Shown here one piece after another: positions 11,511 through 23,235 of a stretch of 64,000 bases of DNA. A program made the position numbers and the translations under genes. Source of the stretch: Eledone cirrhosa. Lineage: Eukaryota. Location: positions 28,210,001 to 28,274,000 of the forward strand of contig OZ024749.1 in NCBI GenBank assembly GCA_964016885.1, given 5' to 3'. How positions within the stretch are numbered: the stretch's first letter is position 1; each line of letters begins with the position of its first letter. Below the pieces are notes generated by a model. It had not been told where the DNA came from and ran no database searches. It saw only the letters and a program-made list of their open reading frames with translations.

Positions 11511-11599
11511 ATATGAAAAGATTCAAGACCCCGACGACTGAGCTCCGGCCGTTCGGCACAGCCAGAATTCAGCCGTCAGGGTCCCGAATCTTTTCATAT
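11511..11599. repeat. 42-bp-stem hairpin within a dispersed repeat (related sequence at 61503-61615)
   Basis: atatgaaaagattcaagaccccgacg... / ...cgtcagggtcccgaatcttttcatat. Confidence 0.85.
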
Positions 11600-11739
11600 T
11601 ACCCACTCTACTACCCCAAGTATCGAGTACTCTGATGCATTATGGACCACCTGGTATCTTACCACACCCTCTTTGTTATATATATATATATATATATATA
11701 TATGTAAATATGCTAGAGTGAGAAATAAAATTCTAATTT

Positions 11740-11773
<34 letters not shown>

Positions 11774-11816
11774 ATAATAAATGTGAAGACTAAAATTCGA
11801 AGAGGGCTCGATAAGG

Positions 11817-11850
<34 letters not shown>

Positions 11851-11894
11851 CACATAAAATAGATATATATATAAAAACCCGTAGAGCAAATATT

Positions 11895-12020
11895 TATTAT
11901 AAGTACAGATTAAAGTTTAAGCAAAGAATCCTGCTTTCACCCTTAACGGGATCTTATGAAACTCCCGTTAAGGGTGAAAGTGGTGATTCTTTGCTTAAAC
12001 TTTAATCTGTACTTATAATA
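11895..12020. repeat. ~57-bp-stem palindrome
   Basis: tattataagtacagattaaagtttaagcaaagaatc...cccttaacggga / tcccgttaaggg...gattctttgcttaaactttaatctgtacttataata. Confidence 0.9.
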
Positions 12021-12384
12021 CACATATATATATATACATACATATGTATATATATATATGTGTGTGTGTTTATTGTTTAGTTGAAGGAACATCAATGTTA
12101 TTTTACACTAGTGTGTATTTGGTCTCAGTGTTATAATTAATTTAACTCTAAGAGACAGACAGACGAACAATAGTACACCTTTCTCTCTGGATCTCTCTTT
12201 CACACACAAATGCAGGCCAGATCGGGGTGGAAGAGGGTAGGTGGGTCAACAATACTTAGAGGAATGGGGTGCCTACTGCTCTCAAGTTCTAGAACATTCT
12301 ATTTAGTTCTGTTAAATCTAAGTACATCATATATACAACATGTACATAGATATGCCTATAACGTATTACTTAGACTTAGAAGTT

Positions 12385-15300
12385 CCTGTGTATTAAGACA
12401 CATGAGGCAGCTAAAGGGCTCCAGTAACCACAGTCAGTCATATCTATCAATACATCCCATGTCTTGAGACACATGAGGCAGCTAAAGGGCTCCAGTGACC
12501 ACAGTCAGTTGTATCTATCAATACATCCCATGTCTTGAGACACATGAGGCAGCTAAAGGGCTCCAGCGACCACAGTCAGTTGTATCTATCAATACATCCC
12601 ATGTCTTGAGACACATGAGGCAGCTAAAGGGCTCCAGTGACCACAGTCAGTTGTATCTATCAATACATCCCATGTCTTGAGACACATGAGGCAGCTAAAG
12701 GGCTCCAGTGACCACAGTCAGTTGTATCTATCAATACATCCCATGTCTTGAGACACATGAGGCAGCTAAAGGGCTCCAGTGACCACAGTCAGTTGTATCT
12801 ATCAATATATCCCATGTCTTGAGACACATGAGGCAGCTAAAGGGCTCCAGTGACCACAGTCAGTTGTATCTATCAATACATCCCATGTCTTGAGACACAT
12901 GAGGCAGCTAAAGGGCTCCAGTGACCACAGTCAGTTGTATCTATCAATACATCCCATGTCTTGAGACACATGAGGCAGCTAAAGGGCTCCAGTGACCACA
13001 GTCAGTTGTATCTATCAATACATCCCATGTCTTGAGACACATGAGGCAGCTAAAGGGCTCCAGTGACCACAGTCAGTCATATCTATCAATACATCCCATG
13101 TCTTGAGACACATGAGGCAGCTAAAGGGCTCCAGTGACCACAGTCAGTTATATCTATCAATACATCCCATGTCTTGAGACACATGAGGGAACTAAAGGGC
13201 TCCAGTGACCACAGTCAGTTATATCTATCAATACATCCCATGTCATGAGACACATGAGGCAGCTAAAGGGCTCCAGTGACCACAGTCAGTTGTATCTATC
13301 AATACATCCCATGTCTTGAGACACATGAGGCAGCTAAAGGGCTCCAGTAACCACAGTCAGTCATATCTATCAATACATCCCATGTCTTGAGACACATGAG
13401 GCAGCTAAAGGGCTCCAGTGACCACAGTCAGTTGTATCTATCAATACATCCCATGTCTTGAGACACATGAGGCAGCTAAAGGGCTCCAGTAACCACAGTC
13501 AGTCATATCTATCAATACATCCCATGTCTTGAGACACATGAGGCAGCTAAAGGGCTCCAGTGACCACAGTCAGTCATATCTATCAATACATCCCATGTCT
13601 TGAGACACATGAGGCAGCTAAAGGGCTCCAGTGACCACAGTCAGTTATATCTATCAATACATCCCATGTCTTGAGACACATGAGGCAGCTAAAGGGCTCC
13701 AGTGACCACAGTCAGTCATATCTATCAATACATCCCATGTCTTGAGACACATGAGGCAGCTAAAGGGCTCCAGTGACCACAGTCAGTTGTATCTATCAAT
13801 ACATCCCATGTCTTGAGACACATGAGGCAGCTAAAGGGCTCCAGTGACCACAGTCAGTTGTATCTATCAATACATCCCATGTCTTGAGACACATGAGGCA
13901 GCTAAAGGGCTCCAGTGACCACAGTCAGTTGTATCTATCAATACATCCCATGTCTTGAGACACATGAGGCAGCTAAAGGGCTCCAGTGACCACAGTCAGT
14001 TGTATCTATCAATACATCCCATGTCTTGAGACACATGAGGCAGCTAAAGGGCTCCAGTGACCACAGTCAGTCATATCTATCAATACATGCCATGTCTTGA
14101 GACATATGAGGCAGCTAAAGGGCTCCAGTAACCACAGTCAGTCATATCTATCAATACATCCCATGTCTTGAGACACATGAGGCAGCTAAAGGGCTCCAGT
14201 AACCACAGTCAGTCATATCTATCAATACATCCCATGTCTTGAGACACATGAGGCAGCTAAAGGGCTCCAGTGACCACAGTCAGTTGTATCTATCAATACA
14301 TCCCATGTCTTGAGACACATGAGGCAGCTAGAGGGCTCCAGTGACCACAGTCAGTCATATCTATCAATACATCCCATGTCTTGAGACACATGAGGCAGCT
14401 AAAGGGCTCCAGTGACCACAGTCAGTTATATCTATCAATACATCCCATGTCTTGAGACACATGAGGGAACTAAAGGGCTCCAGTGACCACAGTCAGTTGT
14501 ATCTATCAATACATCCCATGTCTTGAGACACATGAGGCAGCTAAAGGGCTCCAGTGACCACAGTCAGTCATATCTATCAATACATCCCATGTCTTGAGAC
14601 ACATGAGGCAGCTAAAGGGCTCCAGTGACCACAGTCAGTTGTATCTATCAATACATCCCATGTCTTGAGACACATGAGGCAGCTAAAGGGCTCCAGTGAC
14701 CACAGTCAGTTGTATCTATCAATACATGCCATGTCTTGAGACACATGAGGCAGCTAAAGGGCTCCAGTGACCACAGTCAGTCATATCTATCAATACATCC
14801 CATGTCTTGAGACACATGAGGCAGCTAAAGGGCTCCAGTGACCACAGTCAGTTGTATCTATCAATACATCCCATGTCTTGAGACACATGAGGCAGCTAAA
14901 GGGCTCCAGTGACCACAGTCAGTTATATCTATCAATACATCCCATGTCTTGAGACACATGAGGCAGCTAAAGGGCTCCAGTGACCATGGTCAATCATATC
15001 TATCAATACATCCCATGTCTTGAGACACATGAGGCAGCTAAAGGGCTCCAGTGACCACAGTCAGTTATATCTATCAATACATCCCATGTCTTGAGACACA
15101 TGAGGCAGCTAAAGGGCTCCAGTGACCATGGTCAGTCATATCTATCAATACATCCCATGTCTTGAGACACATGAGGCAGCTAAAGGGCTCCAGTGACCAT
15201 GGTCAGTCATATCTATCAATACATCCCATGTCTTGAGACATATGAGGCAGCTAAAGGGCTCCAGTGACAACAGTCAGTTGTATCTATCAATACATCCCAT

Positions 15301-15792
15301 GTCTTGAGACATATGAGGCAGCTAAAGGGCTCCAGTGACCACAAGCAGTCATATCTATCAATACATCCCATCTCTTGAGACACATGAGGCAGCTAAAGGG
15401 CTCCAGTGACCATGGTCAGTCATATCTATCAATACATCCCATGTCTTGAGACACATGAGGCAGCTAAAGGGCTCCAGTGACCATGGTCAGTCATATCTAT
15501 CAATACATCCCATGTCTTGAGACATATGAGGCAGCTAAAGGGCTCCAGTGACCACAGTCAGTCATATCTATCAATACATCCCATGTCTTGAGACATATGA
15601 GGCAGCTAAAGGGCTCCAGTGACCACAGTCAGTTGTATCTATCAATACATCCCATGTCTTGAGACACATGAGGCAGCTAAAGGGCTCCAGTGACCACAGT
15701 CAGTTATATCTATCAATACATCCCATGTCTTGAGACATATGAGGCAGCTAAAGGGCTCCAGTGACCACAGTCAGTTGTATCTATCAATACAT
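12385..15792. repeat. 71-bp tandem satellite, ~48 copies, derived from RTE LINE 3' end
   Basis: Unit GAGACACATGAGGCAGCTAAAGGGCTCCAGTGACCACAGTCAGTTGTATCTATCAATACATCCCATGTCTT; period 71 (12466 to 12537). Confidence 0.97.
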
Positions 15793-16075
15793 AGTTCCTA
15801 CTTTTATTGATGGGTTTCAGGTCTCTGTCCATTTTCTGCCACCAATTCTTCATGGGACGCCCTCTTTGCCTCTTTCCATTAGTATGACTCTCACTTGGGA
15901 GTTGTGTGCCGTGTCCCAACCAGCTAAGTCAACACTTGCATATGATGTTTGACATGTTGTTGATGGATTCGTTGACAGACTTCTTTGTTGGTGCTGAATT
16001 CATTCCACCTGGTAACAAGGATTTCCCATAAACATTTGTGTCAAAAACATCTGATTGGTTCTCTTGGCTAGTTAT
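15793..16075 (-). mobile_element. RTE-clade LINE C-terminal fragment contiguous with the 71-bp array
   Basis: GKRQRGRPMKNWWQKMDRDLKPINK...GHWSPLAAS, RTE ORF C-terminal signature. Confidence 0.75.
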
Positions 16076-16169
16076 CATACTGTCACACTCCACATTTCAC
16101 ACCTGTACAACAAACATATTTAGCACTGATTACTAAAATAATAAACAGTCTGAAAGGAGGGTGGCTGCT

Positions 16170-16450
16170 ACATTTTACATTTAGAATGGACCTATTACCA
16201 GCTTTAGGGCGTTTATACTTAACATTTGACTTGGGTCTACTACCAGCTTGTGGATGAATGGAAGGGGGCAGGTTACATTTTACATATGGACTGGGCCTAT
16301 TACCAGCTATAGGGAGTTTATATTTCACATTTGGCTTAGGTCTACTACCAGCTTGTGGATGAATGGAAGGGGGCGGGTTACATTTTACATATGAACTGGG
16401 CATATTACCAGCTTCAGGGGATCTTTATTTCATATTTGGCTTGGGTGGAT
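16170..16450. repeat. Short tandem duplication (~105-bp unit with internal subrepeats)
   Basis: ttacattttacatatg...ggtctactaccagcttgtggatgaatggaaggggg repeated. Confidence 0.75.
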
Positions 16451-16729
16451 GAGGGTAGTAGATCATAGAGAGGGATTTGAACTGAAAATGGAAAGAGTCA
16501 GAACAAATACTACAAGGCATCATGTTTGATACTAACAATTTGACCAATCCATTGCCCTGATATTTTATATAAACATCATTGAATGTCAGATGGGGACATT
16601 TAATCCTTTTGATACCAACCTTGGACATTTTAAGTCTGGTGTAGCCCATCCCCTCTCCAAGTTGGAACAGTCAATTTCTTCTGGAGACGGATATAAAATG
16701 AGAGAAGAAGTGGGAAAGAGATAGAGAGG

Positions 16730-16809
16730 AAGAATCAACCTCAGTACTAGACTGGTATTCCAGAGTGAGAGAGAGAGAGATAATTGACTCCAGTGCTAGA
16801 CTGGTACCC

Positions 16810-16841
<32 letters not shown>

Positions 16842-17030
16842 GAATTGACCCTAGTACTAGACTGGTACTCCAGAGAGAGAGAGAGAGAGAAAGAATTGAT
16901 CCCAATACTATACTGGTATTCCATAGAGAGAGAAAGAGAGAGATAGAGGAAGAATTAATTGACCCTAGTACTAGACTGATAGTAGAGAGAGAGAGAAAGG
17001 GGGAAAAATTGACCCCAGTACTAACTCAAT
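16730..17030. repeat. Tandem SINE-B-derived block (ATTGACCCCAGTACTAGACTGGTA) alternating with (GA)n
   Basis: About 6 copies separated by GA tracts; block matches SINE B segment at 40190. Confidence 0.75.
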
Positions 17031-17061
17031 AAATAAAAGCAAACCCAATGTTAAAGAACCT

Positions 17062-17281
17062 TTAACTTTTAATGTCCTGTACCACATGAAATCACATTAG
17101 CAAGACATCCTTGAAAAAATATAAAACAACACTATGACTACATCACATTAATAATTAGCTTTTGGTTTAGTTTACTACAAATTTTCACAATAATCTGTCC
17201 ATTAGTAAAGATACTATAAACATTTGCATTACATGCTTTTAGACATTTTCTGCTAAATTATTACAAGATGTCAAGAGTTAA
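17062..17281. mobile_element. TTAA-flanked MITE (family M3)
   Basis: ttaacttttaatgtcctgta ... tacaagatgtcaagagttaa; homologues at 47098-47522, 48420-48783, 51500-51645. Confidence 0.7.
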
Positions 17282-18009
17282 TACATACAACATATTTGGC
17301 AATAGTTTACATAGAACCCCCCCCCCCTCTAACTTAATAGAAAAATAGGATACAGTGTGTGTATATCATAGTGTAGTCAGCACAGCATGGTGCAACCTGC
17401 AGAGCATGGTATAACTTGCATAGCATGGAACCCTTAAAGAGAAGGGACAATAGATAGACTGTCCTTAAGTCGACATGAAGTCACAACCTAATGCAGCAAG
17501 GGGGCGGGTCATTGCAACCATTTGATGAGGTGACTGTGAATAAGGCTGTGTAGTTGGTGGAGGGAAAATGTAGAGGCTCTCTTCTGCAGTAGAGGATTGT
17601 TGATTGGAAGAAAAGGGTTACAATAATTAGTAGGCTACATGTTAACCTCTTTTCATTTCAACTCACCTAAGACCATCTCTGTCTATGATAGAATCATAGA
17701 TCACCATGGAGAGGGTTGAGGGTTGCGACAAGACCCAAATGTTAAAATTCATAGAAATATATCTTTACATCTTCCAATATGGAAGTTCATTCATTTTTCT
17801 GTGGACACACAGACATCAGGCAAAGGAATTTGAAGGAAGGTCAAATGGATTCCATAGAAATCTAACCCATTTCTCTGATATCAAAATAACAAAAAGAGAA
17901 ATTAAAAAAGATATTCTTTGCAAAGATAAGCTCAGCCTTGAAATGTTTGTTGTCTGAACTGAAACTGGAGATCTGAGTAAAGGAAAATTGTTAGAAATCC
18001 GAGGAAAAA

Positions 18010-18235
18010 TAATGATTTCTAATTTAGGCACAAGGCCAGTAAATTTGGAGGAAGGGCAAAGTTGATTAAAACAACCCCAGTATTTCACTGGTACTTCGAT
18101 TTATTGATCTTAGAAGGATAAAACTCAAAGTTGACATCGGACAATATTTGAAACCAGAATTTTAAAGAACCAGAACAAATACCGCAATGCCATTTTTATC
18201 AAACACTCTACCAATTCTGCCAATCTACAACTCTA
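18010..18235 (-). mobile_element. SINE family B, diverged
   Basis: ttaggcacaaggccag ... aattctgccaatct. Confidence 0.7.
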
Positions 18236-18985
18236 GTCCGAAGAAAATATTAAAATAAGCTCTAGCAAAGACAGGAAATCAAAGTGATTTGTGACACCAA
18301 AGTTCATAAAATTCTACACAAATATCATGATGGTATATGAAAAACGTAGATAGATAGGGTCTTTTTAATGGTATTATCACAAACTTTCAGCTAAGTCAGA
18401 AATATTTTCTTACATACAACCAAATCGTATATCAAACCTGTACAGAATTGTATAAATAATTCTAAAGCAGGCAGAACAATATACGATACATGTAGAGTGA
18501 AGTGAGATATTATTTAACAAGCAAAAGCCTGATAGAAATTGGTAAAAAATAATCCAAGAAAGACATCACTTCAAAAGGAAGAAGATTGGAGTTTAAAAGG
18601 AAGTTTAATTTGATGCTAAACACAAAACAATCATATTTTTAAAAGTGAAAAGTGGATGGAACCATATAATTGGCACGGGAATTTATGGAAGTTTGGAGTA
18701 TGGTGACCAGATGGACAACAACAGGAATTTAAGGAAGTTAATTATATGTTGACCAGATGGACAGAAGGATAGTTGATAACTAGGCCATTGAGGATAGCTA
18801 CACTTCTTAACATTTTGGACACCAAATTGCCTGAAATTGGCCCTGGTTCTAGGTGTTTATATTTATCTAAAAACTTTTCATCATAATTTTATGTAAGAAT
18901 CTTAAGTTATGGTCTAAGCACCAGATTAATAATGAGAAAATTATATTACTAAATCCTTCCAAATTTTGGATTATTTTCAAAATTA

Positions 18986-19515
18986 TAGACAGTGTCTTTC
19001 ATTAGGAATATAGTAATGAAAGGGTTAATGACATCGACAGTGTCTTTCATTAGGAATATAGTAATGAAAGGGTTAATGACATCGACAGTGTCTTTCATTA
19101 GGAATATAGTAATGAAAGGGTTAATGACATCGACAGTGTCTTTCATTAGGAATATAGTAATGAAAGGGTTAATGACATAGACAGTGTCTTTCATTAGGAA
19201 TATAGTAATGAAAGGGTTAATGACATCGACAGTGTCTTTCATTAGGAATATAGTAATGAAAGGGTTAATGACATAGACAGTGTCTTTCATTAGGAATATA
19301 GTAATGAAAGGGTTAATGACATAGACAGTGTCTTTCATTAGGAATATAGTAATGAAAGGGTTAATGACATAGACAGTGTCTTTCAATAGAAATATAGTAA
19401 TGAAAGGGTTAATGACATAGACAGTGTCTTTCAATAGAAATATAGTAATGAAAGGGTTAATGACATAGACAGTGTCTTTCAATAGAAATACGGTAATGAA
19501 AGAGTTAAAGACATA
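18986..19515. repeat. 48-bp tandem array (~11 copies) made from the terminus of MITE M1 (element starts ~18807)
   Basis: Unit ACAGTGTCTTTCATTAGGAATATAGTAATGAAAGGGTTAATGACATMG containing the TIR AAAGGG-TTAA. Confidence 0.93.
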
Positions 19516-19729
19516 AGATTCCCACAAACTATAAGAAACATTCCACAAGGCCTAACTGTACCAGAAAGGAATGTTTGGATGGAATAAAAAATGTTATTAC
19601 CAAATATATGACATTAAATCCCAAAACAGTCTTCAGCAACTTCATATCACCAGATTATAAACATCACTAGGATAGACAGTGCTAAACTAAAACAACACAA
19701 GATATTTTAGAAGGGGACATTGTTAAACA

Positions 19730-20040
19730 ACACAATTTAGAGTTTCTGTCCCCATTTGTGTTAGACTGTGTTCCCTTTACAGATCAACATAATTTAGGGT
19801 TTCTGTGTCCCCTAAACAGAGCAACATAATTTAGGGCTTCTGTGTTCTCTAAACAGAGCAACATAATTTAGGGTTTCTGTGTCTCCTAAACAGGGCAACA
19901 TAATTTAGGATTTCTGTGTTCCATAAACAGAGCAGCATAATTTAGGGTTTCTCTGTCCCTATTTGTCTTATATTATGTCCCCTAAGTAGAGCAACATAAT
20001 TTAGGGTTTTTGTGTCCCCTAAACAGAGTAACATAATTCT
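19730..20040. repeat. ~37-bp minisatellite (AAACAGAGCAACATAATTTAGGGTTTCTGTGTCCCCT)
   Basis: About 8 copies. Confidence 0.85.
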
Positions 20041-21129
20041 ACATGTATCCATCTATTTAATGAACAAATTAAGAATTAAGTGAGATGAGGGACCCAGCTG
20101 TAAGGTGCTGATCTATTGTAGTTCAGTGGGGTTTTACTCCCAGCCCTTTCAATCAGGACTTCTGATGTCTCACTGGACATAATGGTTGAGATTTATCAGA
20201 AGGTTAAAATGAGTTTTAAAGAAGCTCAATACAAGGACCCTCCTTATGTAGGTCAGTAGTATAAAAGGCAGCTCTTGGTTTTGGGTGGGTTGAAGGAAAG
20301 GAAGGAAAGAATTGATTGACAAGATCCCAGACTTACTGTGATGGGTGGAGCTCGTCAAATCAGACCAAAGAAATATTTCTATTGCTGATACTATCTACCG
20401 GCTGAAACTCCTGGCAGAAGGAGCAATGTCAAATGAAATGTCTTGCTCAAGGACATAATGCATTGCATGGTCCCGGAATTGAACATACAATTTCATGATT
20501 GCAAATCCAATTATCTCACCACTAAGCCATCTGCCTTGAAAAGGTCAATAAAAAGGGAGACAAAGTTAACCAATAGGGACTAGACAAAGTGAAACCATCA
20601 AAACCATATTATCAAATATATCACTTAAATAATCCATTTATTAGGGATCTGGAGTCTTTCTATGTCTCATAAGACCTCAGACCAGCATCTGGGAAGCCTG
20701 TATCAAAAGTGCAGGCATGGTCAAGGCTTTTCTTATTTTTGGGGTGGGGGGTGGGGGAGGCCAGCTGCCACCCATGCAAGTTTCCCTACTCCCTGCCACC
20801 AATATTGTTTAAGGCCAATGAAACTTGGCACAAGTGATATTACAAACAGATTCAGAATGCAAAAAAAGGGCCCGGAAGAGATCCTGAAATAGGATCACAT
20901 ATGGTGCTGTAACACATCTGGGACAACCGATCACCATGGATTGGTGATACTTTAGTTATCAACCCTTGAAAGGATGAAAAGCCAAAGTTGATATCAGTTG
21001 GGGTAGAAACTAAAGTACAGAGAGCCAGAACAAATACTGGGAGCTGTTTGAGCCCACATACTAACAACTGTCAAGTTGCTGCCTTTTTTTTTTTAGGAAT
21101 AATCCATTCAAAGAAGTTAGTTAATTACA

Positions 21130-21620
21130 CGGTCCCCTAATTTAACAGTTATTAACACTGTGTTCCTGCTAATAGACAGTTAACAATTCTCCCTACCTAA
21201 TCCAGTTAGCTCCTGTCTCTGACTAATCCACAGTTAATACTGTCCCCTAATTCACAGTTAGCCACTATCCCCACCTAATCCAAATTCAATAACACTGTTC
21301 CCTATTTCACAGTTAGTCACTATCCCCATCTAATCTACAGTTAACAACACTGTCCCCTAATCCACAATTAGCCAATGTCCCTATCTAATTCACAGTTAGC
21401 CTGTCATCTAATCTACACTTAATACTGTCCTCTAATCCATAGTTAGTCCCTGTCCCTACCTAATCCATATTTAACAGTCCCTTAATCCACAGTTAGCCTC
21501 TGTCCGCACCTAACGCATATTTAACACGATTCCCTAATCCAGTTAGCCCCTGTCCCCACCTAATCCATAGTTAGCCTCTGTCCCCACCTAATCTGTATTT
21601 AACACCGTCCCCTAATCCAT
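21130..21620. repeat. Degenerate minisatellite (CCTAATCCACAGTTAGCC.CTGTCCCCA)
   Basis: Recurrent cctaatcca.agtta motif. Confidence 0.8.
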
Positions 21621-21817
21621 AAGATTCTCCTGTTTTGTCCTGTAATGTTGACTTTTTTTTTTTTTTTTTTAATTTAAAAAAAATGCAACAATCAATATAT
21701 TTTATTTAGCAATGAAATAAAGTCTGAACAAAGAAGACTTTTCTTGTAAGGCACTGATTAATTTGACCAAGAACTTACCAAAGTTATTGTTTATTTTGCC
21801 AATGTCAATCATTGCAA

Positions 21818-22010
21818 TGGATTGGCAGAATCAGTAGAGCCTCAGACACCATGCTTTGCAGCATAGAATTTACGGTCCGAATTCAAATCTTGCCGAGGTT
21901 AGCTTTACAAAGTTGATAAAATAAAGCACTAGTAATGCACTGGGGTAAGTTTCATCGACTTTCCTCTCCCCACAAATTGACCTTGTGCCTAAAGTAGAAA
22001 TTATTATTAT
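21818..22010 (+). mobile_element. SINE family B
   Basis: tggattggcagaatc ... ttcaaatcttgccgaggtt ... ccttgtgcctaaagtagaaattatt. Confidence 0.8.
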
Positions 22011-22077
22011 TATCATTACTAATCTAATCAGACAACTGTTAAATCACAAAGGTTTCCATTAAATTAAGACATTTCCT

Positions 22078-22306
22078 TTAACCCTTTAATGTTCAAAGCG
22101 GCCAAAACAGGCTAGAAATTCTCTACCTTTTTCTGTTGAAACTGGCTGTAACTGGTCACTCAAACTGATGTTAAGGTATTGTTCTCAAAATAAATACTTT
22201 CAAAATCTCATAGATTCGATATTATGCGAAATATTTATGTGAGATAAAGCCTTTACCATGAAAATATAATAGTATATATAGAGTAATGTGAATGCTAAAG
22301 GGTTAA
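22078..22306. mobile_element. piggyBac-like MITE M2
   Basis: ttaaccctttaatg ... atgctaaagggttaa; reverse complement of 6550 copy. Confidence 0.8.
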
Positions 22307-22409
22307 GCCTAAGTTATTTCTAAAGGTAGATTAGTTAGCAATATTCAGATGACACCATCACAGGATTTATGTCAGGGTTAAATCACTGTAAGCAGTTTCT
22401 AAGGTCTGT

Positions 22410-22735
22410 GCTGCGACACTTTAGTGTGTCACTGATGATCTGCAGGTCTCATGGTACTTTAATGTGTCACCAATAATCTTCAGGTGTGCTGTGATACTTT
22501 AGTGTCATAGGTAATCTGTAGGTCTGTCATGCCACTTTAGAGTGTCACCAATAAACGCTAGATGTGCTGAGACACTTTAGTGTGTCACCGATCAGTCCTA
22601 GGTGTATCACAACACTTTACTGTGTCACCAATTATCTCTAGGTGTGTCACAAGACTTTAGTGTATCACCAATAATCTATAGATGTGTTGCGACATTTTAA
22701 TGTGCCACTAATTATCTCTAGGTATGTCATGAAAT
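22410..22735. repeat. ~40-bp minisatellite (GACACTTTAGTGTGTCACCAATAATCTCTAGGTGTG), possibly from a hAT-type MITE subterminus
   Basis: About 8 copies with internal palindrome gacac...gtgtc. Confidence 0.75.
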
Positions 22736-22761
22736 TGATCAAATCAGAGCAATTTTTATGA

Positions 22762-23195
22762 ATATCTGACTGTGGTGTATATATATTTGACAATGGTGTA
22801 TATATCTGACTGTAGTGTATATATCTGACTGTAGAGTATATATCTGACTGTAGAGTATATATCTGACAGTGGTGTATATATTTGACTGTAGTGTATATCT
22901 GACTGTAGTATATATATATCTGACTGTAGTATATATATCTGACTGTAGTATATATATCTGACTGTAGTATATATATCTGACAGTGGTGTATATATTTGAC
23001 TGTAGTGTATATCTGACTGTAGTATATATATATCTGACTGTAGTATATATATATCTGACTGTAGTATATATATATCTGACTGTAGTGTATATATATCTGA
23101 CTGTAGTATATATATATATATATCTGACTGTAGTGTATATATATCTGACTGTAGTATATATATATCTGACTGTAGTATATATATATCTGACTGTA

Positions 23196-23235
<40 letters not shown>

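Noticed and set aside
12385-15792. CRISPR-like regular array (also the 75-, 48- and 37-bp arrays)
   Set aside because: Units are contiguous with no unique spacers, there are no cas genes, and the context is eukaryotic
18949-19548. Repetitive ORFs ([16 protein letters not shown])n here and at 43851-44294
   Set aside because: 48-bp unit is a multiple of 3 and comes from a MITE terminus
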